In this document: positions 1-10,679 of the stretch, one piece after another | Position numbering within the stretch: position 1 is the first letter of the stretch | Layout: the number at the start of each line of letters is the position of its first letter | DNA from: a virus | Lineage: Duplodnaviria > Caudoviricetes | Reading direction: 5' to 3' (one strand) | IMG/VR virus record: IMGVR_UViG_3300028833_000053 | Length of the DNA stretch: 64,000 nucleotides | The notes under the pieces: generated by a model | Database searches by the model: none | What the model was told of the DNA's origin: nothing | The model's input: the letters and a program-made list of their open reading frames with translations, nothing else | Position numbers and translations under genes: made by a program

Positions 1-180
1 TTCCTCGAAGAAGTAGTATTTGGAAACAGCCTGCATGGCAACCTTCCCTTCGCGTTTACGTTTTCCGGTAAACAAGTTGCGCATCTCTTCTTGAACTTTC
101 TCATAGGGTGGCTTCTGGAAAATGCGCTATGTCACGTCTTTCCATTCTTCTTCGCTTCTCTATTCAATTGTTTCAGCCAT
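1..180 (-). CDS. Hypothetical protein, 5' part only (runs off the window); two in-frame TAG read as Gln
   Basis: ATG at 180, 9 nt after a GGTATAAT box. Reads MAETIE(Q)RSEEEWKDVT(Q)RIFQKPPYEKVQEEMRNLF... with TAG at 160-162 and 127-129 and no TAA/TGA to the window edge. Confidence 0.6.
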
Positions 181-238
181 ATCATATCAATTATACCACA
201 ATGTTTCATATTTGGAGAATAATGGTAAATAGCAGCGT

Positions 239-1747
239 ATGGACAATGAACAGGACATATACTACAACGAGTTTTTTGAGGGAATCCCACAAAATCTTTC
301 CGGACAGGAACTTCAAGCCTGGTTGGAGGAGAATCGGGACAAGACCTTCAAAGACCTTCCGTTGTTGAAGAAACTCACGAAGCGTGACATTTGGGAGGAC
401 AAGGCGAAATTCTACTTCTTGCCGTTTCTCATCAACTGCTATAACTTCACGCGACAGCACAAGCTCCCTTATTTTACGTTGATGTGTTCCCCAACGTTCA
501 TATTCTACCGTGACAGGTTGCATTTGAGAAATTGGATGGACACCATTCACAAGACGTTCTTCAAGTGCCTTGATATGGTCATTCCAAAGGGCGAGAAAAT
601 AATGCTTCTTGTGGAGAAGAGGTTTCACATAGAGAATCCAATTGCGGGTGGAACGCAACAACTATACAACATGCTTTGGGATTGCGATTTGACGCCCGAT
701 CCAAAGAAGGTTAGGATACTGGCAGAACAAATACCCACGTTTAATCCAGATATGCCTGTTGAAGGGGGTTTGGACTTGTGTAGAAAGACCCTTTGGCTTG
801 AGGACGATCTTCTTTTCCTTGGAAAGAAATACACGTTCATTGACCAATATGAGTCCGAGTATGAATATGATTGTGATGAGATTCTTGACCTTTCCAATTT
901 GCATGAAGATAGGCAACCGATATGGGAGAAAACGGCAAGGCACTTCTATTTCAAGGTGTTTGAACCGAAGGACGCAGGTGAACAGGAAATAATACCACCC
1001 ACACCGGATGAAGAAGATGATCCCGAATATGATGATTTTGACGTTGATTCCAGCCAGTCTGGAATGTTGGACTCCACATTGGACTTTGAGGAGGATGAAA
1101 GTGAAATGAACAAGATAGTAGCATTCTTTGCAAAAATGCCCAAAGTCACAGGACTTGTTCAGGGCATGTTGGATATGATGGCGGCGCTGGCCCGTATATT
1201 GCCGCTTGTTGCCGTGAAGTTGGAGGAAGACCCCAAACTTAAAGACGCTTTGGGAAAAACCGTGAACATCATAAACCTTGGCATTGGCAAGGTTCTCAAG
1301 ATTTGCGCATACCTCGGAATAAAGGTTGAACGCAAGGAGGGGGACGCCGTGAAGCAAATCGTGAAGAACCGATTCAAGAAGGACAAGAAGGAGTTCTTGG
1401 ACTACGAGATTGACGAGTTGAACAAGTCGCTTGACGCATTGGAGAAGGTTGACGATGAACCGGAAAATCCCAAGCCGCCAAAGGGTCAAATACCTTTGGA
1501 CGTGAAGCCAAACCACCTTTATCCGCAGAAGATGCCACTTGGTCCGCATCCACCACATCCAATAGTGGTGCCGCCTGAACCACCACCGGTTCAGGTACCG
1601 CCACCACCTCCACCAAAGCCACCCAAACCGGAGGATGACCCGCCATAGTCAAGCGAGTCTGAATTAAACCCGGAACCCCCACCAATTCCACCCGTGACGC
1701 CGGAACCACCAAACCATCCACCCAAGGACGAAAATGGAATATAGTAA
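239..1747 (+). CDS. Hypothetical late protein with Pro-rich C-terminus (502 aa with TAG=Gln)
   Basis: The track ORF stops at TAG 1646-1648, but the Pro-rich tail continues (SSESELNPEPPPIPPVTPEPPNHPPKDENGI) to TAG-TAA at 1742-1747. GTAAATA at 225-231. Confidence 0.75.
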
Positions 1748-1780
1748 TGTAAACACATCTAACCAACGAGGAAAATTGAA

Positions 1781-1951
1781 ATGAAGAAACTAAACATAAC
1801 GAAGGAGCAGTTCAACCGTATCAGCTACTTCCAGAGGAAATACGGCAAACTGGAGTGTGTGTCCGAATCAGGAAGACTGATCAAGACGAACAAAGGCAAG
1901 GTTCTGATGTTCAAGGAATCCACCAGAAAGTTCAGAAGGAAATTTGCCTGA
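1781..1951 (+). CDS. 56-aa MKKLNIT-leader family protein (leader only, no cargo domain)
   Basis: MKKLNITKEQFNRISYFQRKYGKLECVSESGRLIKTNKGKVLMFKESTRKFRRKFA; GAGG RBS; paralogous to the N-termini at 31391, 33106 and 50973. Confidence 0.8.
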   Translation: MKKLNITKEQFNRISYFQRKYGKLECVSESGRLIKTNKGKVLMFKESTRKFRRKFA

Positions 1952-1989
1952 TAGAATCATATGATTCCATTATTGTTGGATAAACAATC

Positions 1990-2019
1990 AAATGGACTGG
2001 ATTTCTCCAGTCCATTTTT
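1990..2019. terminator. Bidirectional intrinsic terminator
   Basis: Perfect 12-bp stem AAATGGACTGGA-TTTC-TCCAGTCCATTT with T-run, between convergent genes. Confidence 0.8.
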
Positions 2020-2022
2020 GCT

Positions 2023-2916
2023 TTATGCAGGAACTTTCAACACCTGCCCTTGCTTGATGGTGTCGGACTTCAATCCGTTAAGTTCCTTTATCTTGGCAAC
2101 TTTTTTCATGTCCTTTCCAGAAATGCTCCAAAGAGTGTCCCCGTCTTTTACCGTATAAGTTTGGGTTTTTCCTTTCAATCTATTTGCCGTGCGTGTGACA
2201 TCCTTGAGTTCACCTACCTTGTGCCTACCAACCATTTCGGCATTCAACAATTGGCTTGCCCAATCCGGATTTGCCTTATTGGGGTTGTAGTATGCGTTCC
2301 AATGCGAGTCCACTGGCTTGAACGTTCCATCTATTGCTGACTTTGCAAGGTTCACGCAAACGTCCCATGAACTTGCCTCCTTGCCTGAGCCATTCACAGC
2401 CCCCTTTGGAAATTGAATTGAATATGTGGAAGGTGTCTTTCCGGTTATTTTGTTCCAGCAAGAGAATTGAAGTGGCTTAAGGCAAACGTCTGCCAAGTTC
2501 TCAGCTTTACCACCAGCGCGGTTCCATATCACGGTCAAAACCATGTTCAACCCCACGTCCCCTTCGCCACGAGCCTCCATGTACAACGTCCTTGCAAGGA
2601 TGTTCAACGCGAAATCCTTACGCCACTTCCCCAACATTTCGGGTTTCTTCTTTGACTGTTCTATGACATCCTTCAATTCGCTTTGCGTGATGTTGATCTT
2701 TCCGTTTTCAACTTTCTTGTCTTGCACAAGATGCAGGATTCCTTTCTTGAATTCCGCGCCCTCCACTATGCTTGAAGAACCGAGAAGGAACGCCAGAACG
2801 CCAAATGCTATGGCTTTGCCAGCTCCTTCTTCTACAAGTTCATCGTCAACTATGTTCAATACAAGGTTGTCTAGGTCAATGGTATTTTCTTCCAACATTA
2901 TCCGTTTCCACTTCAT
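2023..2916 (-). CDS. SleB/Hydrolase_2-type cell wall hydrolase with C-terminal LysM
   Basis: LARTLYMEARGEG...V..NR, QFSCWN and YYNP...P.WA motifs; LysM YTVKDGDTLWSI...NGLKSDTIKQGQVLKVP. Confidence 0.9.
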   Translation of the reverse strand: MKWKRIMLEENTIDLDNLVLNIVDDELVEEGAGKAIAFGVLAFLLGSSSIVEGAEFKKGILHLVQDKKVENGKINITQSELKDVIEQSKKKPEMLGKWRKDFALNILARTLYMEARGEGDVGLNMVLTVIWNRAGGKAENLADVCLKPLQFSCWNKITGKTPSTYSIQFPKGAVNGSGKEASSWDVCVNLAKSAIDGTFKPVDSHWNAYYNPNKANPDWASQLLNAEMVGRHKVGELKDVTRTANRLKGKTQTYTVKDGDTLWSISGKDMKKVAKIKELNGLKSDTIKQGQVLKVPA

Positions 2917-2922
2917 ATGAAC

Positions 2923-2961
2923 TATTTACCATCTTAATTTGAAGTCCCTTTTTTGTAAATA
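2923..2961. promoter_or_regulatory. Divergent pair of putative late promoters (GTAAATA)
   Basis: TATTTAC at 2923-2929 and GTAAATA at 2955-2961 between divergent genes; resembles the T4 late -10 box TATAAATA. Confidence 0.65.
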
Positions 2962-3001
2962 CAATGTGAGATTGAAAACACCAAACAGAAGGTGAAACAA
3001 C

Positions 3002-4369
3002 ATGGCAGTTAACAACGATAAGCACAAAAGACCACCACCAAGACCTTATGGTCTTCCACCTCCGCCACCCCCGATGTATGGATACCCTCCGATACCGGGA
3101 ACCTATGGCGTGTATCCCTATCCCGGTGGATATGGAATTCCGCCCCCGCCTGCTCCAGAGCCACCACCTCATGTGCAGGAACCCCAGGAACAAGAGGATT
3201 TGACCCCACCCGATCCAACTCCAACATATGACAACAACGTGGTTGCAACGCAATCTTGGGTGAAGTCCATGTTGAACAAGTTCAGGGATTGGACGAAGTT
3301 CTTTGCCACCGAGCAGCTTGAGGTTGGTGGAACGATAAACGCAGGAAGGTTGAAGACGGTTGACCTTCAGACAAACGACATCTATGCTTCAAGGCTCACG
3401 TTGCTTGACCCCAACGGACGTCCGGCGCAAGTATACATTGACGAAAAGGGCAACCTTCAAATCAACTACGACTTCCAGGACGTGTTCATCTATCCCGGAC
3501 TTGGCGACGTGGAAATCAAGAGGTATGTGTACAGATATGGTTTCTTGCCTGAGCAGATTGCGTCCAACTTTGTTGGACTTACGCCATATCAGACACTTGC
3601 AAACTTCGTTCCCTATGACGCGACCGAGGCGAAGAAGTTCAACGACAAGATTTGCTTCAAGTTTTGCGAGGCGGATGGACGTGACGTTCTCATTGACAAG
3701 ACGATGCTCTTTATGTGCAACCAGACAAAGAGGATTGTTGGAATTGACGTTTGGGACGAGTACGGGGAGCTTATCCCACAGAAGTGCATTGTCCTGCCAA
3801 CCGACAAGGTTTACAGGAAGGTGACGTTGAACATGCCCAGCTTCATAAACGACATTCCTTTCCCATGTCCGCATAACCACGAGCATTGCCCCGAGCATGA
3901 CAAGACGCATGAGCAGGAACACGAGGCTGTTGCGCATAGTGAAGATGGAACTTGTGGCGAGACGCAAGATGGAAACTTGCATCCTGGACATGTCACAACC
4001 GGACACATCCATCATGGAATTGCCCGCGTGATTCTTCCTGGCGACTATCCAATGTCGGCAAGTGGCGATGAATGGGAGGCGTTCCAGCCGCCATACTTGA
4101 ATCCTTGCAGGCCGTCCTATTTGTGGCATCCTTCCCCGTTTGTACCACCGATGCCACCTCATCCATATCCTCACTTGACACATGACATCTACGAGGATTA
4201 CGGTGGGTTGACTTGCGAGGCGTTCAACAAGCCCTTGAACATAGAACCTGGCTACAAGGTTGTGTATGAGGACTATGAGACGAACACCTATTACAACATC
4301 TGCTTGAAGAGAAGCTATTTCCTTTAGAACAAAAAACAGTTCATTGCAATCAAGACGGCAGATGCCTAA
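3002..4369 (+). CDS. Hypothetical Pro/His-rich late (probably virion) protein
   Basis: Track ORF 3002-4327 extended through TAG 4325-4327 (QNKKQFIAIKTADA) to TAA 4367-4369, followed by a terminator. Confidence 0.75.
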
Positions 4370-4397
4370 TGGGTTTGTGTAGATTGAAAAACAAAAG

Positions 4398-4429
4398 AAG
4401 GTCCGACATTTGTCGGACCTTTTGCTTTT
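4398..4429. terminator. Bidirectional intrinsic terminator
   Basis: AAGGTCCGAC-ATTT-GTCGGACCTT stem flanked by A- and T-runs between convergent genes. Confidence 0.8.
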
Positions 4430-4443
4430 ATATGGAAAAGCAA

Positions 4444-6531
4444 TCAATAGTTGTTTCTTGACAAGATGTTGATGTTCTTGTTCACCACCCTTATTCTCTT
4501 GCGCAATTCGTATTCCGTGTTGGTGTAGAGAACCGGGAACATGAAAGGTTCAAGGCTGATGTTTCCACTGTGAATCTTCAAGTCGTCGCCAAGGTTTATG
4601 AGCGAGGTGTTTGTGGTGAAAGATGCCATTGAAATGCCATGCGTGTATGTTGGGTTCTCGTTCAATCCAGATTGATACACAGTGTATATGTCGGAAATGG
4701 CCGGCACTTTCTCCATTATGAGGTTCACGATGTCGTTTGTGTTGAAGGAGCCGAAACCAACTTGCCTGTTCTTCACGTTGAAGAAGTACGTGAACAATGA
4801 GCAAACGCGCTCAATCACTTCATATGACGATATGGAATAGTCGTCGTTCACGCGGATTTCCAACCATGAAGCATCGTAAGTTGTATCGTCCTCCTTGCGT
4901 ATTTGCGGAACAGTTGTGGAACGGTTTGATTGAAGATATTGCTTTGCCATTTCCTCCGGAACGCTGGAAATTTCACAACGTATTGGCAAGGCTGGCAAAA
5001 ACACGGGTTCGTGGCACAAGTCCTTTATGTCAACCATCATGGACTTGCAACGTTGAACCATCTGGTCGTAGTTGATGTCAGAAACGTCTCCGAAGTTGGT
5101 TATGTACCAAACATATACGTTGTTGGAGTCAACGGCGTCGGACAATGACGCGCCGCCATACTTCGTGAACCTTGCGGGGTTGAGGTAGAACCTTGGGTTG
5201 TTGTGCTTTGTCACGCCAAGTTGGTTCAACCATCGGTAGAACGTTGCGGCGTATTCCCAGTTGTTCATCACCTTCACGGAGTTGAACATGCCGTTGATGG
5301 AAGGTTCGTTCATTATGAAGAACTCGTAGTCCTCTTTTGTCACAAGGCGGTTGTTCAACTTGAACCAATGCGGAGCACGTTCCCGTATGTTCTCCACAGT
5401 TTCCTCTTGCATTGCGGACGTTGAACCGGTAAGAACCTTGCAAGAGATTTCCGTTACGTTGTATGCGTCCTCTCCGAATATGGCTCTGTAAAGTTCTTCG
5501 CTTATGTTGAACAAGGCGGGACCGTGCTGGAACTCCAATTCCGATGCACTCGGTTGAACTCCCCCATCCATGCCCTGCGTTTCCAGATAAAACACGTAGA
5601 GTTCAGAATTTGGCGTGAGTTTCTTGGTTGTGATGCCATCACCGAATTTCAATACCAGTTGTTTTATCTCGTTCAGTTCAACGTTGAACACGTTGCAGTC
5701 GTCGCCTCCCAAGCCATTGTACAAGAAATTGTGCAATTGGTCGGTGTCGTTCATGTTGGGAAGCCCCTTGAACAATCCCGCGTTTGTTGGGTGGAAGATG
5801 TTTATGGTGGTTTGCGTCCAATCAACTTCGTTGGGGTTGTCTGGCATCATTTTCTTTATGACTTCCACGGCGAAGATGTGTGAGGTTGTGGCGTATTTTT
5901 GCTCCGCCAGTTCGCTTCTCACCATTGGCATCACGAACGTCTCGAAGTCGGAGCCGTTCGGTGTGAAGATGGTTTGGTATCTTTTCCACATACCATTGTG
6001 CAGAACAATGTCATAGGGTTCATCTTCATCCAAGTTCCGAGGGATTATGCAGCTTTGCCACCTGTAGGGCGAATAGGAATAGTATTTTCCGCCGCTTGTT
6101 GTCACAAGCGAAAATGGTGGTATGCTAACTTCCTTGTCAAGGTTTGCCTTTACAAGTTCTCCTGCGTTTTCAATTCGGAACATCGCCGTTGATGGCGTTA
6201 TGCCCTGGGCGTTGTAGCCCAGCAACTTCGCTATGCGAACGATGTTCTCGTAGTATTGCGATTGGCTGAACATGGATTCGGACGCCGCGTGGTTCAACTG
6301 GTATGTCAAGGTTTGGTACATCGTGGCAACCAGGTCAACCAATATCGCTATGTTGGAACCTGGATATACCTAGTCCCTTGTAGCCGGGTCTTCAATCAAC
6401 TTCCTTATAATCAAGTCGCGCATTTGGTATGCGTTGAAGGTGGCGTACTTTACCGGAAAATCCTTTGAAAGCGAGACGTTCTCCTTGGAAAACCTCTTTT
6501 CGTCGTCGTAGTTTGTCTTTGAAACACTCAT
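4444..6531 (-). CDS. gp6: Baseplate wedge subunit, T4 gp6-like (695 aa with TAG=Gln)
   Basis: From ATG 6531: ...ATRD(Q)VYPGSNIAILVDLVATMY...ESMFSQSQYYENIVRIAKLLGY; also FGDG and ETVENIRERAP...NRLVTKEDY. TAG at 6370-6372 lies inside the conserved N-terminal gp6 motif. Confidence 0.85.
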
Positions 6532-6563
6532 GTCTGGTGATACCTTTCAGATTTCTCAAACGT

Positions 6564-6637
6564 TATTTACCATTCAGAGGATTTTTACGAGATTTTTGTA
6601 AAACGCATACAAGTTTTTGAACATATTTGCGTAAATA
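6564..6637. promoter_or_regulatory. Divergent putative late promoters for gp6 and the gp22-gp23 operon
   Basis: TATTTAC at 6564-6570 and GTAAATA at 6631-6637. Confidence 0.65.
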
Positions 6638-6670
6638 TAGATAGTATCTAAAAAGAAAGTTGGTTATTCA

Positions 6671-7717
6671 ATGAAAGTCTCTGAAACAACGCAAAAGATA
6701 TATGATGGGATTTCAACCATTCTCAAGGAGAATGGGCAACCCTTGACAAAGGCTCAGGCGTATGCCATTGAAAGCCTTGTTGAGACGGTTGAGGAATCCA
6801 CGGAGAAGAGGTGCTGCGAAGTGACCGAGCAGATTTTGGCGAAGAAGGATCAATTGGTGAAGGAAGCCGAGAGCAAGGTTACGGACAATGTTGTTTCCGA
6901 GGCTACGATTGAAAAAGTCAACGCGATGGTGGAAAGCAGGATTGAGCAGTTGAAGAAGGAAATCCCCCAGGTGCTGGACTATGCGAGGATGAAGAAGCTG
7001 GAGGGCTGCGTGGAAACCATCAAGGAATGCGTTGGATACAGGGCTGACGAGCAGGTTGAAAAGGTGGCGAACGAAAGCGCGAAAATGCTGAAGTCCACCA
7101 AGACCCTGATTGAGACGCAGGCAAAGCAGATTTCTGAGAAGGTTGCATCGTTGAACGAGAGTACAAAGAAGATTGACGAACTGGAGAAGAAGGTCAAGCA
7201 GATGCAAATGACGATAGATGCGAAGGAAAAACAGATAGTTGAAAGCACGAAGAAGAACCTGGAGTTGGTAAAGGACGTTCAGGGGCTTCAGAAGAAAGTT
7301 GAAGAGAGCAAGAAGGTAAACGAGACGATTGAGGAAAAGAGGAAAAACGAAGCGTTGAAGTTCTATTTGGAACAGAAGATAGCAAGTTATCCGAAGTACG
7401 AGGCAACTCTTCTCAGAAAACATTTTCAAAACGCAAGGTCGCGGGCCGAGATAGATGAGAACTTCCAAAAGGTGCTGTCCATGGTACAGGAGAAAAGGGA
7501 CGCAATGAGGACGGTCCAGGCGATTCCGGTGGCGAAAGTCAACGTGAATGAAACGACCAAGAAAGAACAGATTTCAGGTGAAACTATTGTCGGAGAAAGT
7601 GGTGGTTCCGAACAGGAAGTGTCTGGCTCAATGCTGGATGATTCGTTCGTGGACATTGATATGGACAATGACGTAATCAGCAACGAACAGATGCAGAACT
7701 GGATGGACCGTCTCTGA
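6671..7717 (+). CDS. gp22: Prohead core scaffold protein, T4 gp22-like
   Basis: Charged coiled-coil protein directly upstream of the major capsid gene, with many hydrophobic-x-E-S/A/T sites (VEES, ANES, LNES, IVES). Confidence 0.7.
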   Translation: MKVSETTQKIYDGISTILKENGQPLTKAQAYAIESLVETVEESTEKRCCEVTEQILAKKDQLVKEAESKVTDNVVSEATIEKVNAMVESRIEQLKKEIPQVLDYARMKKLEGCVETIKECVGYRADEQVEKVANESAKMLKSTKTLIETQAKQISEKVASLNESTKKIDELEKKVKQMQMTIDAKEKQIVESTKKNLELVKDVQGLQKKVEESKKVNETIEEKRKNEALKFYLEQKIASYPKYEATLLRKHFQNARSRAEIDENFQKVLSMVQEKRDAMRTVQAIPVAKVNVNETTKKEQISGETIVGESGGSEQEVSGSMLDDSFVDIDMDNDVISNEQMQNWMDRL

Positions 7718-7758
7718 CATACTTCACACCAAAGCAAATAACAAACAGGTAAACTAAC

Positions 7759-9366
7759 ATGTTTAAGACAAACTCAGATTATCAGAAGAAGCTGCTCAAG
7801 CGTTGGGCGCCGATTCTTGAAAAGGGTGCGCCAATTGAGAGCGTCGAGAAGAAGCTCGTGGTTGCGCAGTGCCTTGAGAACACCCGCAAGGAGTTCTGCA
7901 AGAAGGGTCTCTTCACGGAGGCCGCTCCTTCCAACACGAACAACCTCGATGCACGTCATCCTACCTACAATGCTCCTATTTCTGGTCAGGGCGTGTTGAC
8001 GGCGAACGACTACATCCTTCCTAACGTTGTGATGCCTATGCTCCGCCGTATTTTCCCAACCCTCATGGCTCACGAACTCGTCGGAGTCCAGGCGATGACC
8101 GGTCCTACGGGACTTGTCATGGCTCTTCGTGCAGTTGCTGCTAACCCAGAGCGCGTTGGTCTTCCTCAGGGATATGAATTCGGCTACGGCAACAAGGGTC
8201 GTGCCAACCAGAGCATCTTCACGGGCGACGTCGCATCCAAGACCGCAGTGAAGGGTTATGGCAATAACGATGAGGAGAAGGAAGCCAACCTCATGAACAA
8301 GCTCTACAGAGAGAATGGTCCGCTTGATGAAATCGGCGCGTTCTTGAATGGTCAGTATGGTTCTCAGTCTGGCCGTGGCGTTGCTACGGGCAATGGCGAG
8401 GGCTTTGCAAGGGGAACCGATGGCACTTACACTGGCATTGATGGTAAAGATTATCCTTATGGAAATGGAGCTGGTGGTTATGCCAAGGGTTATGCCGGCG
8501 CTTCTGGCGACATTGACCCAACCTTCGGTCACTGGAGGAACAACACGTATCCTCAGGCTACCATCAAGTTCGAGAAGCGTCTGGTCGCCGCCGAGACCCG
8601 TAAGCTGGGTTCCGAGTGGACACCAGAGGACGCCGAGGACTTGGAGGCAATGCAGGGTATTGACCTTGAGACGGAGATGACCAACCTCATTTCCTATCAG
8701 ATTGGCGCTGAAATCGACCAGCAGATCAAGGAGTCCATGATTCTCGCCGCTTGGAAGGACAGCAAGGTTCTTGACGTTTCCAAGCTCGATGGTCTTGACC
8801 AGATGGGCCGTATCGCCGCGATGTTGACCTTCGTGACCCGTGAGGCTAACGAGATCTCCATCAAGACCCGCCGTGGCGCAGGTAACTTCGTTCTTGCTTC
8901 CACAACGGTCTGCTCTTGCTTGCAGCAGCTTGGCACATCCAAGCTCGTCAGCGATGGCAAGACGATGCCTTCTGTTCCTGCTTCCGCAATCGGAGCAATG
9001 ACGAAGGAAGGTCTCATCAACGATGGCCGTCAGTTGCTCGTCCGCGACACCAACACGTTCGGTTCCTACGCCCTCGTTGGCTACAAGGGAACTCACGCCG
9101 GTGACAGTGGTATCATCTACTGCCCATACATCCCTGTGACCCTCTACAAGGCTATCAAGCCTGAGAACGGCCTCAGCGTGATTGGCGCACGTACCCGCTA
9201 TGGCTTGGTTGACAACCCATACGATGCTGAGAACTTCTATTCTCTCATCAAGTTCACGGGCTTCGACCAGGGTTACAGCCTTGGAAACTCCAACCGCACC
9301 TTCTTCGGTGACGCGACGGATTCTTCCGACTCTAACTTCAGCCACCGTAGTGGTCTCATTGGCTAA
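7759..9366 (+). CDS. gp23: Major capsid protein, T4 gp23-like
   Basis: KRWAPILE...LEN propeptide, probable cleavage at FTE/AAP, PMLRRIFPTLMAHELVGVQAMTGPTGL, TRKL..EWT.E..EDL.AMQGID, TRRGAGNF, YCPYIP, RTRYG; strong codon bias. Confidence 0.97.
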   Translation: MFKTNSDYQKKLLKRWAPILEKGAPIESVEKKLVVAQCLENTRKEFCKKGLFTEAAPSNTNNLDARHPTYNAPISGQGVLTANDYILPNVVMPMLRRIFPTLMAHELVGVQAMTGPTGLVMALRAVAANPERVGLPQGYEFGYGNKGRANQSIFTGDVASKTAVKGYGNNDEEKEANLMNKLYRENGPLDEIGAFLNGQYGSQSGRGVATGNGEGFARGTDGTYTGIDGKDYPYGNGAGGYAKGYAGASGDIDPTFGHWRNNTYPQATIKFEKRLVAAETRKLGSEWTPEDAEDLEAMQGIDLETEMTNLISYQIGAEIDQQIKESMILAAWKDSKVLDVSKLDGLDQMGRIAAMLTFVTREANEISIKTRRGAGNFVLASTTVCSCLQQLGTSKLVSDGKTMPSVPASAIGAMTKEGLINDGRQLLVRDTNTFGSYALVGYKGTHAGDSGIIYCPYIPVTLYKAIKPENGLSVIGARTRYGLVDNPYDAENFYSLIKFTGFDQGYSLGNSNRTFFGDATDSSDSNFSHRSGLIG

Positions 9367-9391
9367 TCCAACGTTTGATTGGTCAAATGCA

Positions 9392-9430
9392 AAAAGATGG
9401 TTGGATGAAAAATCCAGCCATCTTTTGTTT
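9392..9430. terminator. Bidirectional intrinsic terminator
   Basis: AAAAGATGGTTGGAT-GAAAA-ATCCAGCCATCTTTT after gp23. Confidence 0.8.
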
Positions 9431-9753
9431 TATGGTCTTTCCACGTTGAACTTTACGTGGTGTTTCTCGCACCATTCCTTCAATGCATCGTATTCCACTA
9501 TCTCAATAGTTCCCTTGAACCAAAGACTTGAAAACCTGCCTGTCATACGTCTGTGCGTGAAATGGCGTATCTTCTTGTCCTTTTTGTCAAGCCACATCAC
9601 ATGGAAGCCGCGTGGTCCGCTTATGACAATGAAATCAACGTTCTCTGGGTTTTTCCAATAGTGCTTAATTGCCTGTATGAGGCAATTTGACCAGAATGGC
9701 TTGTGGTTGTTTTCAGTTTCATATTCTTGAAAATCAGGATAGTATGCTGACAT
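9430..9753 (-). CDS. Hypothetical protein
   Basis: 107-aa ORF with AGGAG RBS, tightly packed operon. Confidence 0.7.
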   Translation of the reverse strand: MSAYYPDFQEYETENNHKPFWSNCLIQAIKHYWKNPENVDFIVISGPRGFHVMWLDKKDKKIRHFTHRRMTGRFSSLWFKGTIEIVEYDALKEWCEKHHVKFNVERP

Positions 9754-9765
9754 TCTTTTCTCCTA

Positions 9766-10131
9766 TCAATAAAGTCCAAAGTCGTAATCGTTCTTGATGC
9801 AAAACCTTTTCGCCTGTTCAATGCTGTCAAATCCCTCTATGGTTTCATCCGTTGAAGCATCCACTACATACCACTTGAAGTGTTCAAGCTTCATTCTCTT
9901 TCCGGGATTTTTCTTGGTCTTTCTGTACTTTGCCAACCTGTCTTGGTATTTCTTGTAGTATTTCTCCCCAAATGCAAAGTCCTTGCCCATTTCATTTGCC
10001 ACGATGTTGCAAAGTTTCTTTTCATATTCGGAATGCGTCCAGTTGTTGAATGGTGAGTTTTCGTTGTACTCAACCTTGTCCGTTTTCCTCACTATGCGGA
10101 CTTTTCTGAATGGCAGGTTTTTCAAGGTCAT
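9766..10131 (-). CDS. Hypothetical protein
   Basis: 121-aa ORF, ATGA overlap with the upstream gene. Confidence 0.7.
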   Translation of the reverse strand: MTLKNLPFRKVRIVRKTDKVEYNENSPFNNWTHSEYEKKLCNIVANEMGKDFAFGEKYYKKYQDRLAKYRKTKKNPGKRMKLEHFKWYVVDASTDETIEGFDSIEQAKRFCIKNDYDFGLY

Positions 10132-10337
10132 GCCTTTCTCTCAACATAGTAGTCGCCCAAAGTGTCCTTCTTGACGTTACAGACAACCCCACATTGTTTC
10201 TTCATTATGCCACGGAGACATTTGAGCAAGCCCCATTGCTTTTGGGTGTCAAGCCCCTCGAATTCCTTCATCTGTATCAGGGAGATAATGTCCGCCACTA
10301 TCTCCATGTAGGTGGAATACTCGATGTCAATTGTCAT
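10128..10337 (-). CDS. Hypothetical protein
   Basis: 69-aa ORF in the same operon. Confidence 0.6.
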   Translation of the reverse strand: MTIDIEYSTYMEIVADIISLIQMKEFEGLDTQKQWGLLKCLRGIMKKQCGVVCNVKKDTLGDYYVERKA

Positions 10338-10620
10338 TGGGATTCCTTGAAGGGTTTGTTAAGCGAAGTTCAACGCGGTGCTTGTCCATACTGTACTGCC
10401 TGTCGATGAAGTTGGTCTCCACGTTACTCACTTCAAGCAACTGGCGGAACAGTTTGCGCTCGTATTCCTTGCCAGGGCAGTGGTATTTGATTACGAGTTT
10501 CTCCGCATAGCCGGAATTCTCGTAGTTGCTTATCATCACAGATGATATAATCCAAATCAATCCTACGAGAAACGCGCCCATAAGAAAGCCAAAAAACAGG
10601 GATTTTGTGTCTTCTTCCAT
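10327..10620 (-). CDS. Hypothetical membrane protein
   Basis: N-terminal hydrophobic helix LFFGFLMGAFLVGLIWIISSV; RBS and GTATAAT upstream. Confidence 0.7.
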   Translation of the reverse strand: MEEDTKSLFFGFLMGAFLVGLIWIISSVMISNYENSGYAEKLVIKYHCPGKEYERKLFRQLLEVSNVETNFIDRQYSMDKHRVELRLTNPSRNPNDN

Positions 10621-10679
10621 TTGAAGTGATTTCCTTTCACTTCATTATACATCTTTTTTGCAATGATGTAAAGTGTGGA

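Noticed and set aside
7774-9345. 523-aa antisense ORF opposite gp23, and similar shadow ORFs elsewhere
   Set aside because: Explained by avoidance of TTA/CTA/TCA codons in the real gene; no protein motifs or RBS.
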